From Candidatus Saccharimonadia bacterium (GTDB lineage Bacteria; Patescibacteriota; Saccharimonadia; UBA4664): a DNA stretch of 64,000 bases. Positions 36,555-46,530 of the stretch are shown here, piece after piece. Location: assembly GCA_038244585.1 (NCBI GenBank), contig JBBRTI010000002.1:258-64257 (forward strand), read 5' to 3'. The first letter of the stretch is position 1, and each line of letters opens with the position of its first letter. The notes beneath the pieces were generated by a model. That model did no database searches. It was not told the DNA's origin and saw only the letters and a program-made list of their open reading frames with translations. A program made the position numbers and the translations under genes.

Positions 36555-38399
36555 ATGACTCAAGCTACTAATAACATCCGTAACGTTGCCATTATCGCCC
36601 ACGTCGACCATGGCAAGACCACGCTCGTCGACGGTCTGCTTAAGCAGTCCAAAACCTTCCGTGAAAATCAGGCCGAAATGAAACAGACGGCTATCCTCGA
36701 CACCGGGGACTTGGAGCGAGAGCGCGGCATTACTATTTCCGCCAAGACTATCGCGGTCAACCATGACGGGTTCAAGATCAACATCATCGACACCCCCGGT
36801 CACGCCGACTTCAGCGGTGAAGTCGAGCGAACGCTAAACCTGGCCGACGGCTGCCTGCTGATCATCGACGCGCAGGAAGGCCCGATGCCGCAGACTAAGT
36901 TCGTGCTTACACGCGCCCTGGCTCTGGGCCTGAAGCCGATCGTCGTGGTCAACAAGATTGATAAGCGCGACCGTCGCATCGACGAAGTCATCGACGAGGT
37001 TGGCAGCTTGTTCTTGGACCTGGCCATCAACGACGATCAGCTCGAATTTCCGATATATTATGCTATTGGCCGCGACGGCAAGTCATGGGACCATGTGCCG
37101 ACCGACGCCGAAATTGAGGCTCCGGCTGATCTTGAGCCGATCTTCAATGCCATCATTACTGAGATCCCCGAACCACGCGTCGACGCGGCTGGCCCGTTCC
37201 AGATGCTCGTGACCTCGCTGACCTGGGACTCGTTCCTCGGTAAGTACGCCATCGGCCGTATCCAGCGCGGTAGTCTCAAAGCCGGTCAGGCGTTGGCTCT
37301 AATTGACCGCGACGGCAAAGTTTCAAGTACCCGCGCCGACAAATTGTTCGTTGCTCTGGGGCTTGAGCGTGTCGAAGTAACCGAGGCTGTAGCCGGTGAT
37401 ATCGTTTGGATTACGGGTATTGGCGGCGCCTCCATTGGCGCAACTGTCACGGCAGCCGAAGCTCCGGAAGCTCTGCCGGTAATGGAGATTGAGGCACCGA
37501 CGCTCCAGATTCGCATCGGCCCAAACACCTCACCATACGCCGGGCGTGAAGGCAAATACACTACTAGCCGCCAAATCGGGGCGCGGCTTGAGCGTGAGCT
37601 TGAAACCAACGTCGGTTTGCGCGTCGTCGACCGTGGCAGCGATTTCCTAGTTTCCGGACGCGGCGAACTCCATCTGTCGGTCCTCATAGAGACCCTCCGC
37701 CGTGAAGGCTTCGAGTTGGAAGTCGGCCGGCCGCAGGTCGTTACCAAACAGGAAGAGGGCAAGATTCTGGAGCCCGTAGAAGAACTGATTATCGAAGTGC
37801 CGGAAGAGTACGTTGGCGCGGTGACCGGTGAATTGGGCCGCCGCCGGGGCGAAATGGTAACGATGGAGCCGACCACTAAGGCAACCATCCGTCTCATCTT
37901 CCGTCTGCCAACCCGTGCCCTGCTCGGTCTGCGCAATATCCTGTTAACGGGCACCAAGGGAACCGCCATCGTCAACAGCCTCCTTATTGGCTACGAGCCG
38001 CTGGGCGCACCGTTGCAGCAGCTTCGTAACGGCGTCCTGATTTCAGCTGAGACCGGCAGCGCCACTATTTACAGCCTCAAGACCGTCGAAGAGCGGGGGA
38101 CTGCCTACATCGGACCATCAACCAAGGTTTACGAAGGTATGATTATCGGCCTCAACCGCCGTGGCGACGACATGGAAATCAACGTTACCAAGGAAAAGAA
38201 ACTGACCAACGTCCGTGCCTCGAGCACCGACATGACCACTCAGCTGACGCCCTACACTGAGCTTACACTTGAAGAGGCTTTGGATTTCATCGAAAACGAT
38301 GAGCTATTGGAAGTGACGCCTGAGAACATCCGGATGCGCAAGCGCTATCTGCTCCCTCACGAGCGAAAGCATCACCGCAACCAGGCTTTGGCCGCCTAA
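36555..38399 (+). CDS. typA: translational GTPase TypA/BipA
   Basis: [13 protein letters not shown] is G1 and DTPGHADF is G3. The 614-aa length and EF-G-like architecture fit. Confidence 0.9.
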   Translation: MTQATNNIRNVAIIAHVDHGKTTLVDGLLKQSKTFRENQAEMKQTAILDTGDLERERGITISAKTIAVNHDGFKINIIDTPGHADFSGEVERTLNLADGCLLIIDAQEGPMPQTKFVLTRALALGLKPIVVVNKIDKRDRRIDEVIDEVGSLFLDLAINDDQLEFPIYYAIGRDGKSWDHVPTDAEIEAPADLEPIFNAIITEIPEPRVDAAGPFQMLVTSLTWDSFLGKYAIGRIQRGSLKAGQALALIDRDGKVSSTRADKLFVALGLERVEVTEAVAGDIVWITGIGGASIGATVTAAEAPEALPVMEIEAPTLQIRIGPNTSPYAGREGKYTTSRQIGARLERELETNVGLRVVDRGSDFLVSGRGELHLSVLIETLRREGFELEVGRPQVVTKQEEGKILEPVEELIIEVPEEYVGAVTGELGRRRGEMVTMEPTTKATIRLIFRLPTRALLGLRNILLTGTKGTAIVNSLLIGYEPLGAPLQQLRNGVLISAETGSATIYSLKTVEERGTAYIGPSTKVYEGMIIGLNRRGDDMEINVTKEKKLTNVRASSTDMTTQLTPYTELTLEEALDFIENDELLEVTPENIRMRKRYLLPHERKHHRNQALAA

Positions 38400-38404
38400 T
38401 TACA

Positions 38405-38433
38405 GCTACCGCCTTCGGGCGGTAGTTTGCGTT
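38405..38433 (+). terminator. rho-independent terminator (gctaccgcc-ttcg-ggcggtag-tttgcgttt)
   Basis: GC-rich stem with a UUCG loop and a T-rich tail, directly after the typA stop. Confidence 0.8.
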
Positions 38434-38708
38434 TATCAGCACACCGAGCTGAGCATAAAGATGCGGGTGTCTCATTTAGCTATAGTAAGAAAATGTATCA
38501 CCCGGTGACACAAAATCGACCTATGCCCAAAAATACCCCGGCCCCAGTAGTTTACGCGCCCAAGGTGAACAGTACCCACTCGCTTGTATTGACGTAGCGT
38601 AAGAAGTGTGTTATGATATTCCCTGATCATCGTGATCATTACTTCGCACCCTGAAATGAGTTGATTATTGTGGCTTCCAACAGCCAATACAGCTTCAAGA
38701 CCTACCAC

Positions 38709-39053
38709 ATGGCCAACCGTCTGTTTGTCGTAGGACTACTCGTGTTCTGCGTGGCAGTCGTCAGCTTTTTCTTCGTGGACGTTAACAGCACGCGGACTCT
38801 CTGGCCATTTATTCCAGCATTTGGAGTCACTGGGTTGTGCGTCGGGCACATCGTTTACCCAACGGCCAAGCGTAAGGAAATCGTGTGGGACGTGCTGCTG
38901 GCCATGGTTGCACTCTCGGGGATGACCGCCGTAATCTACGCTAGGGCAGCGACGAATGGTGTGACCATTATCAACTTGGCGTTGTGCCTCACTCTCGCGC
39001 TCACCCACAACATGAGCGTAAGACCAATCCCGACCGTCAAATCGCACGGTTAA
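38709..39053 (+). CDS. small polytopic membrane protein, function unknown
   Basis: ATG at 38709. Three or four hydrophobic helices. Confidence 0.4.
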   Translation: MANRLFVVGLLVFCVAVVSFFFVDVNSTRTLWPFIPAFGVTGLCVGHIVYPTAKRKEIVWDVLLAMVALSGMTAVIYARAATNGVTIINLALCLTLALTHNMSVRPIPTVKSHG

Positions 39054-39207
39054 TCAACACTTCACTCTCCGGGTGCGAAACCGGCAGCCGACTCCCAGCC
39101 TTTATGGCGAACGAGTCGGCTGTCGGCCCCCCAATGACAGTTGCCCTCCCGGGCTTTTTTTGTGCCCAAAACTTGGCCGCGGCAGTGACAACGTTTACAA
39201 TAAGCTA

Positions 39208-39666
39208 ATGATTAAACGACTTCTTGCCACCCTCCTACTAGGGCTTGTACCAATGGGTGCCTTGGCTGATGACGCCGCGTCGACTCCGGTTTCGGAACAA
39301 GCGCAGGTTTCACCCGCGACGCAGCAGGGCGGGGGATCGGCCGCGTACCTTGGACCGCCTAGTAGTGTCTCGTCTGCGGCCGACGGCGGCGTTCTGCAGC
39401 CATACAGCAATAATCCTCTGCAGGCCGGTGGCAACGCGGCTTCAAACGGGTTGGTGTCGCCGGATAACAGTCAGCTTCAGGGCTCCGCGCCGTCCGGGGA
39501 CCTCAAAGTGGTGCTGGGCAACGAAGCCGACGGGGGAATCCACGCGCCAAACACAGCGCCAGTCGATAATTCGCCCCTCGACACTCTGGCTCTGTTAGCG
39601 GTAATCGGGTTCATTGGACTTATTTGGGTCCTTCGCCGCCGGGTGGCTCAGCGCTTTTCCTCCTAA
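39208..39666 (+). CDS. secreted Ser/Gly/Ala-rich protein with signal peptide and a C-terminal TM anchor plus RRR motif
   Basis: Signal peptide is MIKRLLATLLLGLVPMGALA. The low-complexity body ends in ...PLDTLALLAVIGFIGLIWVLRRRVAQRFSS. Confidence 0.5.
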   Translation: MIKRLLATLLLGLVPMGALADDAASTPVSEQAQVSPATQQGGGSAAYLGPPSSVSSAADGGVLQPYSNNPLQAGGNAASNGLVSPDNSQLQGSAPSGDLKVVLGNEADGGIHAPNTAPVDNSPLDTLALLAVIGFIGLIWVLRRRVAQRFSS

Positions 39667-39702
39667 CTGGTATCGGGTCTATAAAACGGTTATGCTGTTG
39701 GC

Positions 39703-41379
39703 ATGAAAGCCCGGCTAAAATCGCCTTATCCCAGACCGCCTCAGTTTAACCGTGGGCGAAATTTTGAGTCGTCAACCCGCGTGTTGCGATGGATCTCACT
39801 GGGACTTGTAATCCTGACCTATCCGTTCGATCAGCAGTATAGCCTGGTTGTCTTCACCCTTCTCGTTTTGATGGCGGGTTTTAACTTGCTGACATATCTG
39901 CCGGCTTTCAATCGCAAGCGTGAGCAGGGCGTTTCAGGCCTCAACTCACTCGCAGTCGACCATATCTTTGTCTTAGCCCTGGCGATGCTCAGCGGCGGAC
40001 TTGCCAGCCCCTATTACCCGCTCTTCTTCATTCTTATTATTGGCGTCATTATTCTTTACGGTGTAGCCGGTCTGGCTTTCGCATTGGCATCACAGGTAAT
40101 TGTCAGTGTAATCCTGTTGGTGGTGCCAATCGAACCGCTCGCCCAGCCGGCTGCGGCCGACATCCAATTTATTATCAAGCTTATTTTTGTGGTGGTGTTT
40201 AGTATCATGGCGGCCCAATCAGTTCGTAGCCGCGACGAGGAGACTTTACTTGAAAGCCGCTTTACCAGCCGCCTTGATGAACAGCGTCAGCGGCTGCTCG
40301 CCCTTATCAACTCGCTGTCCAGCGCTGTTCTGGCGATTGACCGTAACGGCAAGATATACCAATATAATGCCGCGGCGCTCGAGCTGCTTAATACTAACCG
40401 CGACATTAACGGGATGGAAGTGTCGGGCCTGCTCAAACTTCACGATGAGAAATTTACCACTCTTGATTTGGACAAACTTATTAAAGACAGCAAAGGCGTA
40501 GTCAGCCGACAGGATTTGATATACGTGGCCGACGACGGATCCGAGATAAGCCTCGACCTGACTATCTCGCCAGTCCATTTGTCGGGTTTTATTGCCGATC
40601 ATGACGATGCAGGCGGCTCGATGATCGTCTTCAGCGACATTACCAAGCAGAAGTCTCTGGACGAGGAGCGCAATGAATTCATTTCGGTGACCTCACACGA
40701 GCTGCGCACGCCGCTGGCCATTGCCGAGGCCAACCTGTCGACGGCCATGCTGCCCGGTTACGCCAAAATCGAACCTAAAGCCATGAAGCTGCTGGAGCAA
40801 TCGCATCAGAATATAATGTTTCTCAGCCAGCTGATTCAGGATCTCTCAAGCTTGTCGCGGGCCGAACGGAACGATATTAAGGTTGAGCGGACTCTGGTCA
40901 ACGTATCCGAGATGGTCAATCAGCTGGCCACAGATTACAAGTCCTCGGCGGCCGAGAAAGGGCTCAAGCTTAAAGTGACGCTTGATCCTCAGGTCAAGAC
41001 TATCCACACCAGCGAGCACGAGGTGCACGAGGTCCTGCAGAACTTCCTAACTAATGCCATTAAATATACGCAGCACGGTTCGGTTACCTTAAGTCTGGAG
41101 CACCGCCCCGGAGCGGCTGTAGTCAGCGTCAAGGATACAGGGATCGGTATTTCGGCCTCGGATAAAACTAAGGTTTTCCAGAAATTTTACCGTTCCGAAG
41201 ATTACCGCACCCGCGAGACCGGCGGCACGGGTTTGGGACTGTATATTACCAAGAAATTGGTCGAGCGAGCCGGTTTAGGTATGGATTTTACCTCTCGGCT
41301 GAACTATGGTTCAACCTTCCGTCTGATCATCCCGTATCATCCGCAGGACGATGCGACCCGGGTAATTTCGGCCGTTTGA
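39703..41379 (+). CDS. sensor histidine kinase (membrane domain, PAS, HisKA, HATPase_c)
   Basis: The H-box is SHELRTPLA. N, G1 and G2 boxes include GGTGLGLYI. The N-terminus is polytopic. Confidence 0.8.
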   Translation: MKARLKSPYPRPPQFNRGRNFESSTRVLRWISLGLVILTYPFDQQYSLVVFTLLVLMAGFNLLTYLPAFNRKREQGVSGLNSLAVDHIFVLALAMLSGGLASPYYPLFFILIIGVIILYGVAGLAFALASQVIVSVILLVVPIEPLAQPAAADIQFIIKLIFVVVFSIMAAQSVRSRDEETLLESRFTSRLDEQRQRLLALINSLSSAVLAIDRNGKIYQYNAAALELLNTNRDINGMEVSGLLKLHDEKFTTLDLDKLIKDSKGVVSRQDLIYVADDGSEISLDLTISPVHLSGFIADHDDAGGSMIVFSDITKQKSLDEERNEFISVTSHELRTPLAIAEANLSTAMLPGYAKIEPKAMKLLEQSHQNIMFLSQLIQDLSSLSRAERNDIKVERTLVNVSEMVNQLATDYKSSAAEKGLKLKVTLDPQVKTIHTSEHEVHEVLQNFLTNAIKYTQHGSVTLSLEHRPGAAVVSVKDTGIGISASDKTKVFQKFYRSEDYRTRETGGTGLGLYITKKLVERAGLGMDFTSRLNYGSTFRLIIPYHPQDDATRVISAV

Positions 41380-41428
41380 CTATAAAATAACCGTAAGCAC
41401 ATTGGAATTTAGACCGAACAATGCTTAA

Positions 41429-42904
41429 ATGAAGCTAATGGTTTGCCAAAATTGCCACTCACATGATGTCATCAAGGTTCAGGATCAGTTCTTCTGTGTG
41501 AACTGCGGCAACCTTGTTGCGCTGCCACAGCCCAAAGCTAAGGAGCCTATCCCGGTCGTAGTCCCCGAAGTCGAGGGTCTGCCTGAGGGCGTGACAATTC
41601 TGCCGATGGGGGATATGGTCGCTGCCGTCGTGGCCGGAAAGCCGGTTAAACGCAAGCGCCCAGGTCGTCCTAAAGCTACACGACTGGACCAGCCGGTGGC
41701 CTCGGGCGGTATGCGCGACATATCCGCCGGATTAGAGCCGTTATTATCACCAGACAGCCCCGAAGCGGAGCCGACGTCTGAAATGGCTAAGGTTGGTGCT
41801 GTTTCCGTGCCGCAAGCCGTAGCCCCAACACCGTCGGTTTCGGGGCCGCACGGTTCACGCCGCCTTAACGACATTGCGCCGACCCGACACAAAGCACCCG
41901 CACCGAAGATTGAACAGCCTGCAAATAAAGAACATCAGCCCCAAGGCATGGTCTTTGGAGACCTGATTTCGTCCAGCCTGCGCGGCAGGTTTAACCCTAC
42001 CCATTTTTGTCTGGCGCTGCTGCCGGCTATCCTGTTGGCGTTTGTCGGCGGTTTCGTCGTGCTGGCTTTGGCCGGCGACTACGCCAACGTGGGTCGCTTG
42101 GTGCCGCAGCGGTTGTTTCTGCCGGTGGGAGGAGAATTACTGATTATTTCGGCCCTGTACTACGTCAGCCGCAGCTTCATGCATGGGGCCATCGTCTACG
42201 GAGCCGCTCGTCGAGCCGATCATCGCCCGGCATCCGTCGCTCGGTGGATAGACATGTCGGCCCGTAGCTTCGGCTCACGCCTGCGTCTTGACGTTTTGAA
42301 TGGGCTGGCTCAGATGGCAGTTTTGGCGCTAGTCGGTTCGCTCGTGGTAACCGGCGGTATTCTCTGGCCCGTCCCGGCCTGGCTTCAATTGGGGCTCCTG
42401 TTCGTGGCCTTTTTCGCCCTGATGTATTTGCTGGCCGGGCTCATGCTGGCCCAAGGTCTCGGTCATGTCGCAGTAACCCTGAGTACTATGAGCGCCCGTC
42501 AGGCGTTTGGCTTGGGTTGGCTGTTTTTCCGTCATCATTTCGAACTTATCGGTCTTAAACTGCTGACTTTCGCCGTTGAGTTAATACTACTGGTCCCGGT
42601 CGCGGCAGCCGTAGCCGCCCTGATTGTTTTGGTGCCCGGCAATCAAACCTGGCTGGTGGTAACAGGTTTGATTATTGGCGTCACCATTGCCGGCGCCTCC
42701 ACTGGTGCGGCCTCGGCTTTGTGGTGGCAGGAGACCTATCGCAGGCTAGTTCACACCGACAGGCTAACCGAGGCCGTTACGCTGCTCACGGGGCGCAAGC
42801 TCACGTCCTCCACAGGGCGAACCGCCAATTGGATTGCAATTATAATGTTGAGCCTTGCCGCTCTGGCCGCGGTTTGGCCGTGGTTGCCTCTGCCGACGCT
42901 GTAA
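41429..42904 (+). CDS. membrane protein with an N-terminal zinc-ribbon (CxxC..CxxC)
   Basis: CQNCHSH...CVNCG forms the zinc ribbon. A Pro/Ala-rich linker and 8 or more TM helices follow. Confidence 0.5.
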   Translation: MKLMVCQNCHSHDVIKVQDQFFCVNCGNLVALPQPKAKEPIPVVVPEVEGLPEGVTILPMGDMVAAVVAGKPVKRKRPGRPKATRLDQPVASGGMRDISAGLEPLLSPDSPEAEPTSEMAKVGAVSVPQAVAPTPSVSGPHGSRRLNDIAPTRHKAPAPKIEQPANKEHQPQGMVFGDLISSSLRGRFNPTHFCLALLPAILLAFVGGFVVLALAGDYANVGRLVPQRLFLPVGGELLIISALYYVSRSFMHGAIVYGAARRADHRPASVARWIDMSARSFGSRLRLDVLNGLAQMAVLALVGSLVVTGGILWPVPAWLQLGLLFVAFFALMYLLAGLMLAQGLGHVAVTLSTMSARQAFGLGWLFFRHHFELIGLKLLTFAVELILLVPVAAAVAALIVLVPGNQTWLVVTGLIIGVTIAGASTGAASALWWQETYRRLVHTDRLTEAVTLLTGRKLTSSTGRTANWIAIIMLSLAALAAVWPWLPLPTL

Positions 42905-43016
42905 CTCGCACGTCTATTTGACTTTTTCAGTAAAATGAGCGATATTTAATGGCAAAGCCCCGGGGCTTTATTAATTTTACGCGCCGGCTTTTGTCTCAAG
43001 AGGAACCACTACCAGA

Positions 43017-43205
43017 ATGAAACCGTTAATAAACTATCTGCAGGCTTCACAATCGGAACTCGCCAAGGTGTCATGGCCCAATCGGTCTCAGACCATCCGT
43101 CTGACCGGACTTGTCATTCTCTTCTCACTGGCGTTCGCGGCTGTGCTTGGTGGTATCGACTTCATTTTTGCGACGATACTCCAAAAAGTAATTTTAAAAG
43201 GGTAA
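43017..43205 (+). CDS. secE: preprotein translocase subunit SecE
   Basis: A 62-aa protein with a single C-terminal TM, located immediately upstream of nusG. Confidence 0.8.
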   Translation: MKPLINYLQASQSELAKVSWPNRSQTIRLTGLVILFSLAFAAVLGGIDFIFATILQKVILKG

Positions 43206-43208
43206 ATT

Positions 43209-43748
43209 ATGGCCGATCAGACCAAGACCAACCACTGGTACGTAATCCACACCTATTCCGGGTATGAAGACCGCGTTGCCGAGAATCTGCGCCAGCGCAT
43301 CGAGACCATGAATATGGCCGATAAGATTTTTGATGTCATCGTTCCGAAAGAGAACCAGATTGAAATCAAGAACGGCCGCCGCCGCATCGTCGAGCGCCGT
43401 ATCTTCCCGGGCTACGTCCTGGTTCAAATGGATGTCACTGAGGATTCCTGGTACGTCGTCCGTAACACCCCTAACGTCACTGGTTTCGTCGGGTCCGGTA
43501 CCACTCCGACTCCGATCAGACAAGATGAGGTTCGCCACATCCAGAAGCGCATGGGCGTTGAGGAGCCAAAGTTCAAAATCGACTTCCAGACCGGCGAGAG
43601 CATCAATATCATCGACGGACCGTTCAAAGGTTTTGACGGTATGGTCCATGAGATCGACGAGAATAAAGGCAAGATCAAGGTCCTGGTCAATATGTTCGGC
43701 CGCGAAACACCGGTCGAGCTGGACAGCCTACAAGTCAAGAAAATCTAA
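43209..43748 (+). CDS. nusG: transcription termination/antitermination factor NusG
   Basis: NGN domain (WYVIHTYSGYE) plus KOW motif (FKGFDGMV). Confidence 0.9.
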   Translation: MADQTKTNHWYVIHTYSGYEDRVAENLRQRIETMNMADKIFDVIVPKENQIEIKNGRRRIVERRIFPGYVLVQMDVTEDSWYVVRNTPNVTGFVGSGTTPTPIRQDEVRHIQKRMGVEEPKFKIDFQTGESINIIDGPFKGFDGMVHEIDENKGKIKVLVNMFGRETPVELDSLQVKKI

Positions 43749-43805
43749 CGAATTAATAACATGTGTGGGAGGCCGAAAGGCCGCTGGCACCACAAGGAGT
43801 AAATT

Positions 43806-44237
43806 ATGGCACAAGTAAAACCAGTCAAGGGTGTAATCAAGTTCCGCGTTGCCGCGGGCAAGGCTACCCCGGCACCGCCAGTGGGTTCGACCCTGGGTGC
43901 GAACGGCGTCAATATGATGGATTTCATCAACACCTTCAACGATGCTACCCGTGAGTTGGGCGACCAGCTGCTAAGCGTCAAAGTAACTATTTTCGAAGAC
44001 CGCACTTTTACCTTTACCTACAAGGGCGAAACCGGTGCCAGCCTTATCCGTAAGGCCGCCGGTATCGATAAAGGCTCCGGTGTCCCGAACAAGACCAAAG
44101 TCGGCACGCTGACTAAGGTTCAGGTTCGTGAACTTGCCGAGCTCAAGATGAAGGACATGAACGCCAACACCATTGAAGCCGCTGAGAAGATCATTGCCGG
44201 ACAGGCCCGTTCAATGGGCATCGAAGTCGCCGAGTAA
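43806..44237 (+). CDS. rplK: 50S ribosomal protein L11
   Basis: MAQVKPVKGVIKFRVAAGKATPAPPVGSTLG... is highly conserved L11. Confidence 0.92.
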   Translation: MAQVKPVKGVIKFRVAAGKATPAPPVGSTLGANGVNMMDFINTFNDATRELGDQLLSVKVTIFEDRTFTFTYKGETGASLIRKAAGIDKGSGVPNKTKVGTLTKVQVRELAELKMKDMNANTIEAAEKIIAGQARSMGIEVAE

Positions 44238-44305
44238 CTTACTCGTCCGCATCTGCATAAATAACCGTGGGAGCCGTAAGGCGCTAGCACCACAAGGAGA
44301 ATGAA

Positions 44306-45325
44306 ATGGCCCAAGCTAAGAAATCCAAAAAAGAAGTAGCCGCCGTCGATGAGACCCAGGCTGAAGTAGAAGAGGTCCGCGAGGATTCTTCGGAAGTAAC
44401 TCTGCCGGACGAGTCCGCGCGTGATGAGCGCGAGCCGGATATCGAGCCGATCGACGCTGACGACGCCGACTTAAAAACCACTAAGTCCGGAAAGCGCAGC
44501 GCCAAGGCTTTGCGTGAAGCTGCCGAGGAAGAGGCCCGCCTAGCCGCCAAGGAAGAGCGTACCGAGGCTCCTGAAGAGCCCAAGGCACCAAAGCGCCAGA
44601 CGGCCAATCCGCTGCACATGCACGGCAAGAAGTATCGCGCTGCTCTCGAGCAGGTCGATCGCACCAAGCTTTACGGCTTCGAAGAGGCCCTAGCTCTGGC
44701 CGTTAAAACTGCCACGACCAAGTTTGACAGTTCGGTTGAACTGCACATCAACTTAGGTGTCGACCCGCGCCAAGCCGACCAGATGGTTCGTGGAACCGTC
44801 GTCCTGCCACACGGCACCGGTAAGACCATCCGTATAGCCGTCTTCGCCGAAGGGGCGCAGGCTGAAGCCGCTACTGCCGCCGGCGCCGACCTCGTCGGCA
44901 CCGACAAACTGTTGGCCGACATTGAGAAGGGCAAACTGGAATTCGACATGCTAATCGCCACCCCCGACAAGATGGCCACGCTCGGACGTGTTGCTAAGGT
45001 CCTGGGACCGCGCGGCCTCATGCCGAACCCCAAGAGCGGTACCGTCACGCCGGACGTCGCCAAGGCCGTCACCGACGCCAAGCGCGGTAAGGTTGAGTTC
45101 CGTATCGACAAGCAGGCCATCATCCACCAGGCCGTCGGTAAGGTCTCGTTCAGCCAGGCCAACCTAGAGGAAAACGCCAAGACTCTTCTCTCGGCAGTCC
45201 TCAAGGCCAAGCCCAGCTCCACCAAGGGAACCTACATCAAGGCCATTGCTGTAACTACGTCCATGGGCCCTGGAATCAAGGTGGACGCTCCGGCTACCAC
45301 CGCCGCTATCTCCGGCAAGAAATAG
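44306..45325 (+). CDS. rplA: 50S ribosomal protein L1 with an approximately 100-aa acidic/Lys-rich N-terminal extension
   Basis: The L1 core begins at [12 protein letters not shown] (internal ATG about 44614). The upstream 100 codons are in-frame. A strong AAGGAG RBS sits at 44292-44297. Confidence 0.8.
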   Translation: MAQAKKSKKEVAAVDETQAEVEEVREDSSEVTLPDESARDEREPDIEPIDADDADLKTTKSGKRSAKALREAAEEEARLAAKEERTEAPEEPKAPKRQTANPLHMHGKKYRAALEQVDRTKLYGFEEALALAVKTATTKFDSSVELHINLGVDPRQADQMVRGTVVLPHGTGKTIRIAVFAEGAQAEAATAAGADLVGTDKLLADIEKGKLEFDMLIATPDKMATLGRVAKVLGPRGLMPNPKSGTVTPDVAKAVTDAKRGKVEFRIDKQAIIHQAVGKVSFSQANLEENAKTLLSAVLKAKPSSTKGTYIKAIAVTTSMGPGIKVDAPATTAAISGKK

Positions 45326-45337
45326 ACCATAGTCTAA

Positions 45338-45372
45338 AAAGACCGGCCGCTGTCAGCGGCCGGTCTTTGCGT
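45338..45372 (+). terminator. rho-independent terminator after rplA (gaccggccgc-tgtca-gcggccggtc-tttgcgt)
   Basis: Perfect 10-bp stem plus a T-tract. Confidence 0.8.
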
Positions 45373-45845
45373 ATTACCAGATATCATGATACTAATGGTA
45401 TACGATTTTTCCTGCGTTCTAAGGGGCTACCTTGGCCACACTCAAGGGCTATATCGCCTGTCAAATACAAATTCCGGCCGGCCCACCAGAATCATCGGGT
45501 ATAGATCAACAAATCATTTCCGTGAAGTTGGACTGTGGCGACCCTGTCGATCCATTCAGGGTGCACGCGTTCAGCCTCACGTTCGACAAAGCTCGGTTAA
45601 GGTCGAGCAGATCGTGGGACCGCCCAGGTGATCTCAGCCCACGACGCACAGGTATAGGATATGTGGCGGTGACGATTAGGCAGCGCCTGAGTGGCGGCAG
45701 GTATATTGTTGAGCTGCCGACAACCCATCGACCGACCCGGATTGTCGTTCCGGCCCCGTGTATCATCCGGGACGCAGCTACGCGCGATGCCCGTCTGGCT
45801 CATGCTTACGCCAACCAGCGCCTTGGCAGCTCAATCTAGCCCGCA

Positions 45846-45870
45846 GCCGGATCATCTGATCCGGCTTTTT
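45846..45870 (+). terminator. rho-independent terminator (gccggatca-tc-tgatccggc-ttttt) closing an unannotated approximately 500-bp region
   Basis: Perfect 9-bp stem plus T5. No confident CDS lies upstream. Confidence 0.7.
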
Positions 45871-45927
45871 CCTTGGCCGTGGTATCATCGGACGCAAGGT
45901 GAGTGTTCTTCGACAGATTGGAAAGTC

Positions 45928-46530
45928 ATGACCGTCAACCAAGGTATCTTCGGAGATAAATCAAATTTTGATGATCGTTTCGTTCCCGATTACGGCCGCC
46001 TGGCCGAAATGAGTATGGCACTCAAAGGCCTCGGCGCCAGTGTGGTCCTAACTTCAGGCTCGTTCGACCTGGTTCATGAGGGTCATGCATTGTACTTGGA
46101 AGCAGCCAAAAGTTTTGGCAGTCTGCTGATAGTCGGTGTTGATAGTGACATCAAGATTCGGGAGCGTAAGGGACCTGACCGACCGATTGTACCCGAAATG
46201 GAGCGGCTGAGAATGCTGACCCATTTCCGGCCAGTCGATATCGTGACGCTAAAGCCACCGGGCGATACAAAATGGGAGCTCATCAAAGTAATTAGGCCTG
46301 ACGTACTGATTGCGACCGTCGAGACCTACAGCGATGACGACATCGCCGAGCTTGAGGGCAACTATTGCGGCAGAGTTCAAGTAATGGAGCGGATGGCAAC
46401 GACCACCACTTCTGCCCGTCTTCGTGAGCTCAATATGTCGCTGGCCGAGCGTTTCACTTTGGCTGTCAACCAGGCTCTGCCAGGTATCGTGTCAAACGTA
46501 CTCGAGCCAAAGGGGCAAACAAATGTCTAA
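45928..46530 (+). CDS. HxGH-motif nucleotidyltransferase, RfaE domain II / cytidylyltransferase-like
   Basis: SGSFDLVHEGHALYLEAAK is the (T/H)xGH motif. LIVGVDSD...RERKGPDRPIVPEMERLRML matches the adenylyl/cytidylyltransferase fold. Confidence 0.6.
   Translation: MTVNQGIFGDKSNFDDRFVPDYGRLAEMSMALKGLGASVVLTSGSFDLVHEGHALYLEAAKSFGSLLIVGVDSDIKIRERKGPDRPIVPEMERLRMLTHFRPVDIVTLKPPGDTKWELIKVIRPDVLIATVETYSDDDIAELEGNYCGRVQVMERMATTTTSARLRELNMSLAERFTLAVNQALPGIVSNVLEPKGQTNV

Noticed and set aside
36800-37975. Minus-strand ORFs (76-229 aa) inside typA
   Set aside because: They are antisense to a highly conserved GTPase. Arg/Ser/Pro-rich translations and the absence of an RBS mark them as artefacts.
45432-45839. 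135-aa Arg-rich ORF in the rplA-downstream gap
   Set aside because: It has a TTG start and uses codons (AGG, AGA, ATA, CGA) that are rare in neighbouring genes. It has no recognisable motifs. It is kept only as a possibility inside the non-coding-region finding.
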